Origin: a virus | Taxonomy: Duplodnaviria; Caudoviricetes | Reading direction: 5' to 3' (one strand) | IMG/VR virus record: IMGVR_UViG_2868108522_000001 | Location: 22,546 to 86,545 of that record | Length of the DNA stretch: 64,000 nt | In this document: positions 1-8,139 of the stretch, piece by piece | Numbering within the stretch: position 1 is the first letter of the stretch | Layout: each line of letters opens with the position of its first letter | Program-made: the position numbers and the translations under genes | The notes under the pieces: model-generated | Databases searched by the model: none | What the model saw: only the letters and a program-made list of their open reading frames with translations | What the model was told of the DNA's origin: nothing

Positions 1-34
1 GACTCATCCCACCCGCCAAACAGGAGCGTGCAGC

Positions 35-271
35 ATGACCGACCTGCCCGCCGACGACCGGCTGCGCGCCTTGGTCCGCCAGGCCCTCACCGACGCCCGC
101 ATCTCCCAAGCCGAGATCGCCCGCCAGTTGGGCGTGTCCACCAAGCACCTCAGCCACATGCTCACCGGCCGCGCCCACCTCACCCTCACCTGGGCCGAAG
201 GCATCCTCGGTCTCTGCGGCATGAACCTGCAACTCGCCATCCAGCCCGACCAGCCCAGGAGTGCCGCATGA
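35..271 (+). CDS. XRE-family HTH transcriptional regulator
   Basis: ISQAEIARQLGVSTKHLSHMLTG HTH motif; ATGA overlap with the next gene. Confidence 0.85.
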   Translation: MTDLPADDRLRALVRQALTDARISQAEIARQLGVSTKHLSHMLTGRAHLTLTWAEGILGLCGMNLQLAIQPDQPRSAA

Positions 272-555
272 CCGACCTCCCGACCAGCCTGCCCTGCAAC
301 TGGGCTCGGACCCGCCAGCCGCATCCGCCGCACGACTGGGAGCCGCAGCCCGGCATGGTCCCCGTCCACTGCCCGGGGCGCCGCCAAGGGGACACGGACG
401 AGCCAGAGCTGACCGCCGAGGAAGCCCGTACCCTCGCCGAGCACTACGAGGAGTGCCCGCAGTACGACAACCCGACCGCTCCGCACTGTCACTGCGAAGG
501 CATCAACCAGGCCGACGACAACTACTGGACCGAACCGCCCAACCTCAATGGCTGA
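268..555 (+). CDS. Hypothetical phage protein (Cys/His-containing)
   Basis: ATG at 268 overlaps the upstream stop; AGGAG upstream. Confidence 0.6.
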   Translation: MTDLPTSLPCNWARTRQPHPPHDWEPQPGMVPVHCPGRRQGDTDEPELTAEEARTLAEHYEECPQYDNPTAPHCHCEGINQADDNYWTEPPNLNG

Positions 556-634
556 CCGCTAGAACACGGAGAAGACCATCAAGAACCACAGCAACACCGC
601 CGCCCTAGACGCCATCGCATCCTTCACCAACATC

Positions 635-844
635 ATGACCGTCCGTTACGCCGTCGGCAGCCACCCACACGCCGTCGACGTACTCACCGGCGGTTTCAGC
701 CTTGCCGACCACCTCCAACGACTGGACCCCGCTAGCAGCGGCAGCGAGAAGGAGTGGGTCACATTCATGCTCAAGGCCGGCGGCGAGATCGCCCTGCGGG
801 ACAGCAGCATCATCGCCATTGAAATGCCCGCGGTAGAGCCGTAA
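635..844 (+). CDS. Hypothetical protein
   Basis: Plausible composition; followed by a terminator. Confidence 0.5.
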   Translation: MTVRYAVGSHPHAVDVLTGGFSLADHLQRLDPASSGSEKEWVTFMLKAGGEIALRDSSIIAIEMPAVEP

Positions 845-867
845 ACCCAGCCCGACCAGCGGCACAG

Positions 868-903
868 AAGCCCCGCCGCTCAAATCCGGGTGGCGGGGCT
901 TTC
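868..903. terminator. Intrinsic (probably bidirectional) terminator
   Basis: AAGCCCCGCC...GGCGGGGCTTT inverted repeat between convergent genes. Confidence 0.7.
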
Positions 904-1015
904 GTTGCGCTCCGTAGTCGGCGGCGCTCTGGTGCAGAGTTCGTTACATCCCGGGCGTAACTATCTCTGCAAGATCACCGGACGACTGTTAACGCAGCGT
1001 ATAACCGGCATGCGG

Positions 1016-1339
1016 TCAGAACGTGCCGGTGCAGGCGAGGCAGACGTGCGACTGCTCCCAGGTGGCCCGCTGCGCCTCCGCCCACTGCACCGCCTTGTAC
1101 ACGACCGCACCCCAGCCCGCCCCACCCGCGGCGATCAGCAGGCCGAGCAAGATCGCGCCCTCCGTCAGGACCAGGACGCCGACGGCGATCGCGATCAGCG
1201 CCGCCCAATACGAGACCTTCGGCCGGGCCGGCGGCGCGTACTTCGCCTTCAACGGCGACTCCGCAGGCAAGCTCTGCCAGTAGTGCGGCAAGTCGGCGAC
1301 GTTCGGGGACGAGCACTTCGGCGACGGGCAAGCGATCAC
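1016..1339 (-). CDS. Small two-TM membrane protein with split Cys pairs (CPSPKC...CLAC)
   Basis: Hydrophobic stretch YWAALIAIAVGVLVL...LLGLLIAAGG; start placed at GTG 1339. Confidence 0.65.
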   Translation of the reverse strand: MIACPSPKCSSPNVADLPHYWQSLPAESPLKAKYAPPARPKVSYWAALIAIAVGVLVLTEGAILLGLLIAAGGAGWGAVVYKAVQWAEAQRATWEQSHVCLACTGTF

Positions 1340-1505
1340 AGCGACCCCCGGGATGCGGCGTAGTGGGGGCAGCAGGGTCGTGGGGTACCGGGCAGTACGG
1401 CAAGCAGGCTGCGGGCAGTGTGGGCCGGGCCACAGAACGGCAGCCGCAGGAGTCTCGCCTGTCGCAGGGGGAGCGCTTGAGTAGCTGGGCAACTCCAGAG
1501 TGAAC

Positions 1506-1546
1506 CTGTAGAGAGGACTACAGTTCGTGTGTAGTCTGGTCTACAG
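1506..1546 (+). promoter_or_regulatory. Two palindromic operators TGTAG-N6-CTACA upstream of the GNAT/HTH pair
   Basis: CTGTAG-agagga-CTACAG (1506-1523) and TGTAG-tctggt-CTACA (1530-1545). Confidence 0.7.
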
Positions 1547-1578
1547 ATGGAGCGGGGGTCGCTCCGGAGGGGACCAAC

Positions 1579-1911
1579 ATGCTGACGATCACCACCCGCA
1601 CCGGCGACTACTACGGCGACGGCAGCAGCAACCACATCTGGGAGACCCGCGACGCCGACGGCCAGCTCATCGCCGAACTCTACGTCTCCACCGACCGCCA
1701 CGAGATCATGAACATCTGGGTCGACGAAGACCACCGCGGCGAGGGCCACGCCCGCGCCCTCTACGAGGCGGCCACCGACCAGATGAACGTCTGCCATGCC
1801 CCCGCTGCCCACCGCAGCCCCGAGGGCAACGCGTTCGCCGAGGCCGTCGGCGGCCCCACTGTCGCCCCTTACGCCTGCGACTGCTACGCCTGCGACTCTC
1901 TGGAGGACTGA
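1579..1911 (+). CDS. GNAT-family N-acetyltransferase
   Basis: Acetyl-CoA motif A NIWVDEDHRGEGHARALY; GGAGG RBS. Confidence 0.75.
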   Translation: MLTITTRTGDYYGDGSSNHIWETRDADGQLIAELYVSTDRHEIMNIWVDEDHRGEGHARALYEAATDQMNVCHAPAAHRSPEGNAFAEAVGGPTVAPYACDCYACDSLED

Positions 1912-1914
1912 CCC

Positions 1915-2277
1915 ATGCAGCAGTACGAACTTGAAGCGTGGCTCGGCGACGACCACGACCTCAGTGACGAGCAGATCGTTGAACTCTTGCAGGCCGCCCA
2001 CGAGATTGAAGAGCAGTACCCGGACGAAGACGACCGCGACGACCGTGAATCTGCGCTCACCGCTGCGTACCGCCTGATAGTCGAGGCCCCGGAGGACCTC
2101 ATTGCCGAGTTGGCCCAGGAGCGCGCCCGAGCTCGCGCAGCCGAGCGGAAGGCTCTCGTTGCCCTGCGGCAGATCGGTGTCACCCGCATCGGCAACGGCG
2201 ACGCCACGGAGGCCGGGTTCGCACACCAAGCAGGCGTCGACCGGATGGCTGTTCGCAGGTGGCTCGGCAAGCGCTGA
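1915..2277 (+). CDS. Acidic protein with C-terminal HTH
   Basis: C-terminal EAGFAHQAGVDRMAVRRWLGK; 3 nt after the GNAT stop. Confidence 0.7.
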   Translation: MQQYELEAWLGDDHDLSDEQIVELLQAAHEIEEQYPDEDDRDDRESALTAAYRLIVEAPEDLIAELAQERARARAAERKALVALRQIGVTRIGNGDATEAGFAHQAGVDRMAVRRWLGKR

Positions 2278-2279
2278 TC

Positions 2280-2320
2280 ACGACGAGGTCCCCGCCCGAT
2301 CCGGGCGGGGGCCTCGTCGT
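2280..2320. terminator. Intrinsic terminator
   Basis: ACGACGAGG-CCCCGCCCG / CGGGCGGGG-CCTCGTCGT long hairpin between convergent genes. Confidence 0.75.
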
Positions 2321-2324
2321 CTGC

Positions 2325-2645
2325 TCAGCCGCGGGGCGCCGGAACCTCCGTCACCTCGAACGGCGCCGGCAGCGGCGGCAACGCCACACGCAACGCCCGC
2401 CCCAGCAGGGCCCGCGCCGTAATCTCCCACTCCGCCACTGGCCGGCCCGCCGGCCGCACGAACAGTAGGGAGCCGTCCGGGCGCTGGAACGTGCCACCCG
2501 TGAAACGGGGCTCCGCCTCGATCTCCACCACCTCCACGCCGTGCTCGGCCAAGAGCTGGGGGAGTGGGGCGTTGAGGAGGTGATCTGTCGACAAAGGGGC
2601 GGGCGCTAACGACGTGGTGCCGCTACTCTTCATGGAGAGCTCCAT
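2325..2645 (-). CDS. Hypothetical protein
   Basis: ORF track; start uncertain; structured leader upstream. Confidence 0.55.
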   Translation of the reverse strand: MELSMKSSGTTSLAPAPLSTDHLLNAPLPQLLAEHGVEVVEIEAEPRFTGGTFQRPDGSLLFVRPAGRPVAEWEITARALLGRALRVALPPLPAPFEVTEVPAPRG

Positions 2646-2794
2646 CCTTGACGGGGTCGGGGTTACAGGTCAGCGAGTCGCCACTCGCTGGTCGAACTGG
2701 CCGGGCGGTCGCCACCGCCCGGCCGTTCGCGTTCATGGAGAGAAGTTTTCGCCGCCCTCTTGATCAAGTCAAACGATGTGCACCGATGTGCACG

Positions 2795-3205
2795 TCAGTG
2801 CGGCAGCACCTCGTCGAGGTACTCCTGAACCGGCCCGTACAGGCCGTAGGGCACGTACTCCTTGATCTTCGAGTGGGCGACCCAGGCGACCGCGTCCAAC
2901 TCGTCCTCGTCGGCCACCCGGGCCTCACCCTGGACGGGCGTGCACGCGGTGTAGAACATCTCGCGACCCGACTTCGGGTGCGACTCCAGGTAGCCGATCT
3001 GCCGGTCCGACGTCACAACCAGCCCGGTCTCCTCCGCGGTCTCCCGGACCGCTGCCTCCGCGGCGGCCTCGCCGTCCTCGATGGCGCCGGCCGGGAACTG
3101 CCAGAGGAGATCCCCCTCGCCGACGCGGCGGCGCACCATCAAGACGCGCCCCTCATCGACAATGATCGCTGCGGAGATGCCGGGCTTCTTGGTCTCGGTG
3201 GTCAT
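2795..3205 (-). CDS. Nudix hydrolase
   Basis: Nudix box FPAGAIEDGEAAAEAAVRETAEETGL. Confidence 0.92.
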   Translation of the reverse strand: MTTETKKPGISAAIIVDEGRVLMVRRRVGEGDLLWQFPAGAIEDGEAAAEAAVRETAEETGLVVTSDRQIGYLESHPKSGREMFYTACTPVQGEARVADEDELDAVAWVAHSKIKEYVPYGLYGPVQEYLDEVLPH

Positions 3206-3840
3206 ACGGTCGCCTCCAGGGCGCTGAGGATGGGCGGGAAGATCTGGTCTGCGGGGATGAAGCGGGTCAGGGCGGTGCGCGGCACCCAGGTGACGTCGAC
3301 GTTCTCGAGCGGGTCCCGGTTCGACGCGTCGCCTGCCAGATGGTCCGCTAGGTAGTACGAGGCCACCACACCTGTGACGGGGTGGACGCGTTCGCCGAGC
3401 TGCTCGCGGATGGTGCAGTGCACGCCGGTCTCGCCGTGCGTCTCCTGCACCGCCACCGTCGACGGGTCCGCCCCAGGTTTGACCATGCCTGCGGGGAACT
3501 GCCAGCGAAGCTCGCCGTCACCGCGCCGGCACACCAGCAGGATGTCGTCGCCGCGGACCACGACCGCTATCGCCACCCGCAACGCCTGCGCCTCAATGCG
3601 AGGTGCCGGGGGGCGCAGTAGGAGAGCGAAGCGGTGTCTCACGTCGTCCTTCGCCTCCCTGTGAGCGATGTCCAAGATCTGCTGCACCTCGGTCCGGTGA
3701 ACCATGTCGGGGCTGGCGTGCCACCGGCTGATGGTCCGTTCGCTGATCCCGAGGTGTTCGGCGAACGCCTCGTTCGTCATCCGCATCGCCTGCTGCAAGA
3801 GGCAGGCCGACCGGCCGGTCCAGGTCTCTACAACGTCCAT
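3202..3840 (-). CDS. HTH-Nudix fusion protein
   Basis: N-terminal MTNEAFAEHLGISERTISRW HTH; degenerate Nudix box FPAGMVKPGADPSTVAVQETHGETGV; overlaps the next gene. Confidence 0.88.
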   Translation of the reverse strand: MDVVETWTGRSACLLQQAMRMTNEAFAEHLGISERTISRWHASPDMVHRTEVQQILDIAHREAKDDVRHRFALLLRPPAPRIEAQALRVAIAVVVRGDDILLVCRRGDGELRWQFPAGMVKPGADPSTVAVQETHGETGVHCTIREQLGERVHPVTGVVASYYLADHLAGDASNRDPLENVDVTWVPRTALTRFIPADQIFPPILSALEATV

Positions 3841-3922
3841 CGTGACGGCTCCCGTGCTCGTGGCGCTCGGGTCTGGCGGGGCGGCGACAGGCCGGTGTCA
3901 CCGCCATGTCAGGGCAGGGCTG

Positions 3923-4258
3923 TTATGGCGTGCTGGTGTCCTCGGCGTGGCCTTCTGCCGTGCGCGCGTTGGGCGTTGGCTGGACGGCATGCTCACTCTT
4001 CCGCCGCTTCGAACTCCGGCCCCGCGCGATCGCTTCCGCCCAGGCGTGGCTCCGCCCGAACAGGTCGCCTACTTGCGCCCACGTGCGACCCGGATAGAGC
4101 CCCTGCACGGCGGCTCGCTGGATCGCATAGAGGGCCTGGTCGCTAGCCGCCAGCGCCTGACGTGCTTCAAGGGCGGCGCGGCCCCTGGCGAGCAGGTCGT
4201 CGATGGCTGCAACTTCGGCGACTTTGGCCTCCAGGGACTCCGTGAACGCATCTGTCAT
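3923..4258 (-). CDS. HTH repressor divergent from the conjugation-like operon
   Basis: RTWAQVGDLFGRSHAWAEAIA HTH; probably leaderless (TACTCT-like -10 just upstream of ATG 4258). Confidence 0.65.
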   Translation of the reverse strand: MTDAFTESLEAKVAEVAAIDDLLARGRAALEARQALAASDQALYAIQRAAVQGLYPGRTWAQVGDLFGRSHAWAEAIARGRSSKRRKSEHAVQPTPNARTAEGHAEDTSTP

Positions 4259-4274
4259 TGGCCCAGAGTAGAAG

Positions 4275-4337
4275 TCAACACGCCAGTTCTCAAGACGGTG
4301 TTGACACCGACTCAGGAACTCTTCAAGATGGTGTTGA
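4275..4337. promoter_or_regulatory. Divergent promoter with repeated operators TCAAGAYGGTGTTGA
   Basis: Copies at 4290-4304 and 4323-4337 plus a half site at 4275; TTGACA(4301)-N17-CAAGAT rightward promoter overlapped by both operators. Confidence 0.7.
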
Positions 4338-4465
4338 AGCGAACGGCGCTCCACCGCCCGAAGCTCCAGCAGTCGCTCCACCGGCTGCACCAAAAAAGCG
4401 GCCCCAGCTCAGGGACTCCACTCCCTGGCCAGGGCCTCACCACCAGGTTCTAACAAGGAGATCCT

Positions 4466-5074
4466 GTGGCTACGCAGAAGCTTATCCCGGCGCCGACGTG
4501 CGCCGACACGGCGGGCACCGTCCCGCTGAACCCGGCCGCCGCCGAGGCGCTGCGCCGACTGGAGCTGGCGCTGACCACCCCGGACGCCGCGACCGTCGAG
4601 AAGGTGCGCGTTGCCCTCGGCTACCCGGTCGGCTGGAAGCCCAACCGGCACCTCGGCGAGACCGCGACGTACCTGACCGTGTGGTCGCAGATGGAGCTCA
4701 ACGACCTGTTCGAGCAGGTCGGCGGCACCGTCACGACCCGGCAGGTCGAGCGCAGCACGTCCGACGGCTCCAGCTCCTGGACCGCCACCGAGATCGCCCT
4801 CACCGTGAAGGTGCCCGACGTCGGCTCCGTCGAGATCGTCACCGACATCGAGGACGACCCCGAGTGCGGCTACCGGACCGACATTCCCGTCGTCGCCGTG
4901 GCCCGCTACCGGGACGCCGAGGCGCGCGCCAACGAGCTGATCGTGAGCGCGAGGACCGGCAGCATGTCGGACCTGGACGCCGATGACCTGGCGCACAACG
5001 TCGACTTGATGGCCGGCTACCGTACCGTCCTCGCCAAGGCGGGCCGGCTGGACCTGATCGGCGGAGCGTCGTGA
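4466..5074 (+). CDS. Hypothetical protein, first gene of the AICE-like operon
   Basis: AAGGAG RBS, GTG start, high GC3. Confidence 0.75.
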   Translation: MATQKLIPAPTCADTAGTVPLNPAAAEALRRLELALTTPDAATVEKVRVALGYPVGWKPNRHLGETATYLTVWSQMELNDLFEQVGGTVTTRQVERSTSDGSSSWTATEIALTVKVPDVGSVEIVTDIEDDPECGYRTDIPVVAVARYRDAEARANELIVSARTGSMSDLDADDLAHNVDLMAGYRTVLAKAGRLDLIGGAS

Positions 5075-5346
5075 CCGCCCCCGACGAGCGGGACCTGCTG
5101 GTCTTCGCCCTCTACCACGTACTGATCGCCACGTCCCCGGACGACGGAGACCGGGCCGGGATGGTGACCCTCCGCCTCGCGGACGGCCGGTACGTCGGCG
5201 ACGTGTGGCTGTCGACGCCGGACCTGAAGCGAATCACCGGCCAGCTGTCCGACGACGAGTCGGATCTCCCGGCCGTGGCCGACGCCGACGCCGACGATGT
5301 GGTCCGCGCCGCCGAAGCCTTCCTCCGGAACGGCGGCGCATCGTGA
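5071..5346 (+). CDS. Hypothetical protein
   Basis: GTGA coupling on both sides. Confidence 0.7.
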   Translation: MTAPDERDLLVFALYHVLIATSPDDGDRAGMVTLRLADGRYVGDVWLSTPDLKRITGQLSDDESDLPAVADADADDVVRAAEAFLRNGGAS

Positions 5347-5576
5347 CGGAGCGGGAGCGGCGGGAGCGGCTGCGGGCGACGACTGAGCGCATCGTGGCCG
5401 GGCTGCCCGCCTGGGACGGCGAGTCGCCGAAGCTGCTGGTCACGTTCACCGACCCGGAGACCCAGACGCGGATCAGCCACTGGTTCGTCCCGGCCACCGC
5501 GGCGCCCCTGTCGCAGGCCGAGCCTCAGCCGTCGGGCCGCACCCGGCGCCTGCACGCCGTACCGGACGCGTCATGA
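5343..5576 (+). CDS. Hypothetical protein
   Basis: GTGA coupling. Confidence 0.6.
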   Translation: MTERERRERLRATTERIVAGLPAWDGESPKLLVTFTDPETQTRISHWFVPATAAPLSQAEPQPSGRTRRLHAVPDAS

Positions 5577-5746
5577 CGGACGCCGAACGCGAAGCGATGC
5601 GGCAGAAGGTCAAGGAAGCCAACCGGCAGTCCTCCAACCGGCCCCGCTAGGGCCCCTGTACCGCCGCGGTCGGCGGTGTCCAACCCCCGTCCCGCCGGCC
5701 GCGGTATTCCACCCCATCCCTGCCTGACCAGTAGAGGAGTACCCCC

Positions 5747-5968
5747 ATGCCTGCTTCCACCCCGTCTGTCTGGCCGGTGGGTGTCGTAGCCCGCTACCGG
5801 ACCGTCGGCGGCGCCGACGTCGACCTGACCGGCGACGGCAAGTGTGTCCGCGTCCGCTGCTCGGGCTGCGGCGTCGGCGGCGACGACGCCTACTACCCGC
5901 CCGCCGCCCACCGGCTCGCCGAGAAGCACGCCGGCAAGTGCCGCCGCGTGGCCGCACCCACCGCCTGA
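5747..5968 (+). CDS. Small Zn-binding protein of the type found in Streptomyces mobile elements
   Basis: CSGCG...AEKHAGKC motif; GAGGAG RBS. Confidence 0.65.
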   Translation: MPASTPSVWPVGVVARYRTVGGADVDLTGDGKCVRVRCSGCGVGGDDAYYPPAAHRLAEKHAGKCRRVAAPTA

Positions 5969-5997
5969 ACCCACCGAAGAAGCCCAGGAAGGACGAA

Positions 5998-6279
5998 GTG
6001 GCTACCACCATCGACAGCCTCATCACCGACTACGCCCAGGACATCGCCTCCGAGGCTGGCCTGGATGCCGCGGACTACCAGCGGACCGCCGCCGGCCTCG
6101 CCAGCCTCCTCACCGACACCGCCGCCGACATGCCCGCCGGCCAGGTTCGCGACTGGCTGACCGACGCCGCAGCCGACTTGGACGCCTACCACCGCGCCAA
6201 CGCCAGCGGAGACCAGGCGCGCACCCTCCTCACCCAGGTCGACGCCCGCCTCTACGAGGCCCACTACGACCTGACCTGA
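5998..6279 (+). CDS. Hypothetical protein
   Basis: GGAAGGA RBS, GTG start. Confidence 0.6.
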   Translation: MATTIDSLITDYAQDIASEAGLDAADYQRTAAGLASLLTDTAADMPAGQVRDWLTDAAADLDAYHRANASGDQARTLLTQVDARLYEAHYDLT

Positions 6280-6320
6280 ACCCCCACCCCACGCACCGCC
6301 GACTCAAGAAAGAGCCACCC

Positions 6321-6551
6321 ATGTCTCCGTTCCTGTTCTCCGCCGACCACGCCCACACCGACCTGGGCCGCCGGGCCCGCGCCGCCACCCTGGTCGGCGA
6401 AGAGGCCGTCCTGCCGATCGCCTACCTGTTCGCCGAGTACGCCGCCGCCAAGGCCCGCGGCGACCGGGCGCGGGTCGCAGAGATCCGCCTCGCCGCCGAC
6501 CCCGAGCTGGTCGCCGAGCTCGACGGGTTCGACGAGCCGGCCGCCGCCTGA
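6321..6551 (+). CDS. Hypothetical protein
   Basis: TGATG coupling to the next gene. Confidence 0.6.
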   Translation: MSPFLFSADHAHTDLGRRARAATLVGEEAVLPIAYLFAEYAAAKARGDRARVAEIRLAADPELVAELDGFDEPAAA

Positions 6552-6931
6552 TGGCCACGGTCGAGATCGTTTCGTTCGGCTTTCTGCACGCCGAGGCTCC
6601 ACAGGCCGACATCGTGCTGGATCTTCGCCGAGCGTTCCGTGACCCGCACGTGGACCCGCGGATACGGCAGCTCACCGGCCGGGACCGGGCCGTCCGCCAG
6701 GCCGTACTCGACACCGCCGGGGTCCGGCAGCTCCTGAAGACCACCACTCGGCAGGTCGCCGCCTACGCGTCCGGGCCGTCTGCCGACCGGATCGTCATCG
6801 GCTCCGGCTGTGCGGGCGGAAGGCACCGCTCCGTCGTCGTCGCCGATCAGCTTGCCCGCCGGCTCCGACGACGCGGCCACACCGTCACCGTCACCCACCG
6901 CGACATCCGCCGCCCCGTCGTACAGCGCTAA
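6551..6931 (+). CDS. RapZ C-terminal-like domain protein
   Basis: VSFGF...ADIVLDLR...DP...LTGRD and GCAGGRHRSV motifs. Confidence 0.8.
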   Translation: MATVEIVSFGFLHAEAPQADIVLDLRRAFRDPHVDPRIRQLTGRDRAVRQAVLDTAGVRQLLKTTTRQVAAYASGPSADRIVIGSGCAGGRHRSVVVADQLARRLRRRGHTVTVTHRDIRRPVVQR

Positions 6932-7021
6932 CCGATCAGCCTTCGCCGGCCACTCCTGGGCCTGTGCTTCGAAGCAGGCGAAGGCACTGCACCACCCGAC
7001 CACTACCGAGAGGAACCCGAT

Positions 7022-7204
7022 ATGCGCGAGAACGACCTGGACAGGGCGCTGCGGCAGCACAGTGAGGCCGTCCGCGAGGAGCGAACCCAGCTGGCCAACG
7101 ACGCCCTGCGTGCCGAGGGAAAGCCGCTGAAGCACTGCGGTGTCGAGGCCAAGTCGAACCGTCACGGTGACTGGGTGTGCCGCCGCTGCGGCGACATCTT
7201 CTGA
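7022..7204 (+). CDS. Small Zn-ribbon protein
   Basis: HCG...CRRCG; AGGA RBS. Confidence 0.55.
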   Translation: MRENDLDRALRQHSEAVREERTQLANDALRAEGKPLKHCGVEAKSNRHGDWVCRRCGDIF

Positions 7205-7300
7205 TCCCGCACCCAGCCCTGGCCGACCGATCACGGGTCTACCGCCTCAAAGCAGGCCAGGGCACGCACCAGCCCGCATTCACCGACTGTAAGGAACCTC

Positions 7301-7492
7301 ATGCCCTACACCACGACCTATCGCTACACGGCCGACGTGAAAGACCGCCAGACCGACCGCACCGGCGTCGTCGAGGGCGAGGTGACCGTCGGCAGCTCCG
7401 AGGGTCACACCGGGGCCCGTCGCCTCGTGCAATCCCGCTACTCCCGCCAGGGGCTCATCGTCACCGACGTCCGCTTCCGGCCGACGCGCTGA
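7301..7492 (+). CDS. Hypothetical protein
   Basis: AAGGA RBS. Confidence 0.55.
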   Translation: MPYTTTYRYTADVKDRQTDRTGVVEGEVTVGSSEGHTGARRLVQSRYSRQGLIVTDVRFRPTR

Positions 7493-7530
7493 CCGACTGC
7501 CAGCCCACCCCACCAGAGAGAGGAAGATCA

Positions 7531-7731
7531 ATGAGTTACAGGAAGGGCGACCTGGTGATCGTGGTCGCTGCAGGCCCGGAGAACGAGGGCACGGTCGGCA
7601 AGATGGGTGTCGTCGTCGACGGCGGCGCCCTGTCCGGCGGCGACGTGTCCGTGAGGGGTATCGACGCCTGGCCCGTCGAGGCGATCAAGGGCTACCGGTC
7701 GTACACGCCCAACCAGCTGCGGAAGGCGTGA
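7531..7731 (+). CDS. Small KOW/SH3-like hypothetical protein
   Basis: RKGDLVIVVAAGP...GKMGVVV pattern. Confidence 0.55.
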   Translation: MSYRKGDLVIVVAAGPENEGTVGKMGVVVDGGALSGGDVSVRGIDAWPVEAIKGYRSYTPNQLRKA

Positions 7732-7922
7732 GCGCCGTGACCTGGTTCCGCCGCCGCCCCAAGACCGCCGCGACTGTCGCCGTCGACCTGGATGTGGCCC
7801 GTCGTGCCGCCGAAGCCGTCAACCGCGGCGACGTCGACGAGGCGAACCGCATCGTCAACGCCACCACCGACCCGCAAGCGCACGCCTTCGAGGCGTTCCG
7901 CTTCATCGACGTGGAGGCCTGA
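7728..7922 (+). CDS. Hypothetical protein
   Basis: GTGA and TGATG coupling. Confidence 0.6.
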   Translation: MSAVTWFRRRPKTAATVAVDLDVARRAAEAVNRGDVDEANRIVNATTDPQAHAFEAFRFIDVEA

Positions 7923-8119
7923 TGCCGGTCACGTTCCGCAAGAGCTTCCGGATCCTGCCCGGCGTCCGCATCACCATCAACCGCCAGTCCTGGTCCATCA
8001 CCGTCGGACCCAAGGGCGGGCCCAAGCGCACCTGGTCCAGCACCGGCCAGACCACCACCAGCTACGACCTGCCCGGCCCGTTCGGCTACCGCTCCACCCG
8101 CCGCCGCAACCACCGCTGA
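7922..8119 (+). CDS. DUF4236-like protein
   Basis: FRKSFRILPGVRITI...S.TVG...LPG pattern. Confidence 0.75.
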   Translation: MPVTFRKSFRILPGVRITINRQSWSITVGPKGGPKRTWSSTGQTTTSYDLPGPFGYRSTRRRNHR

Positions 8120-8139
8120 TCGAAAGGACTTCGACCGTC

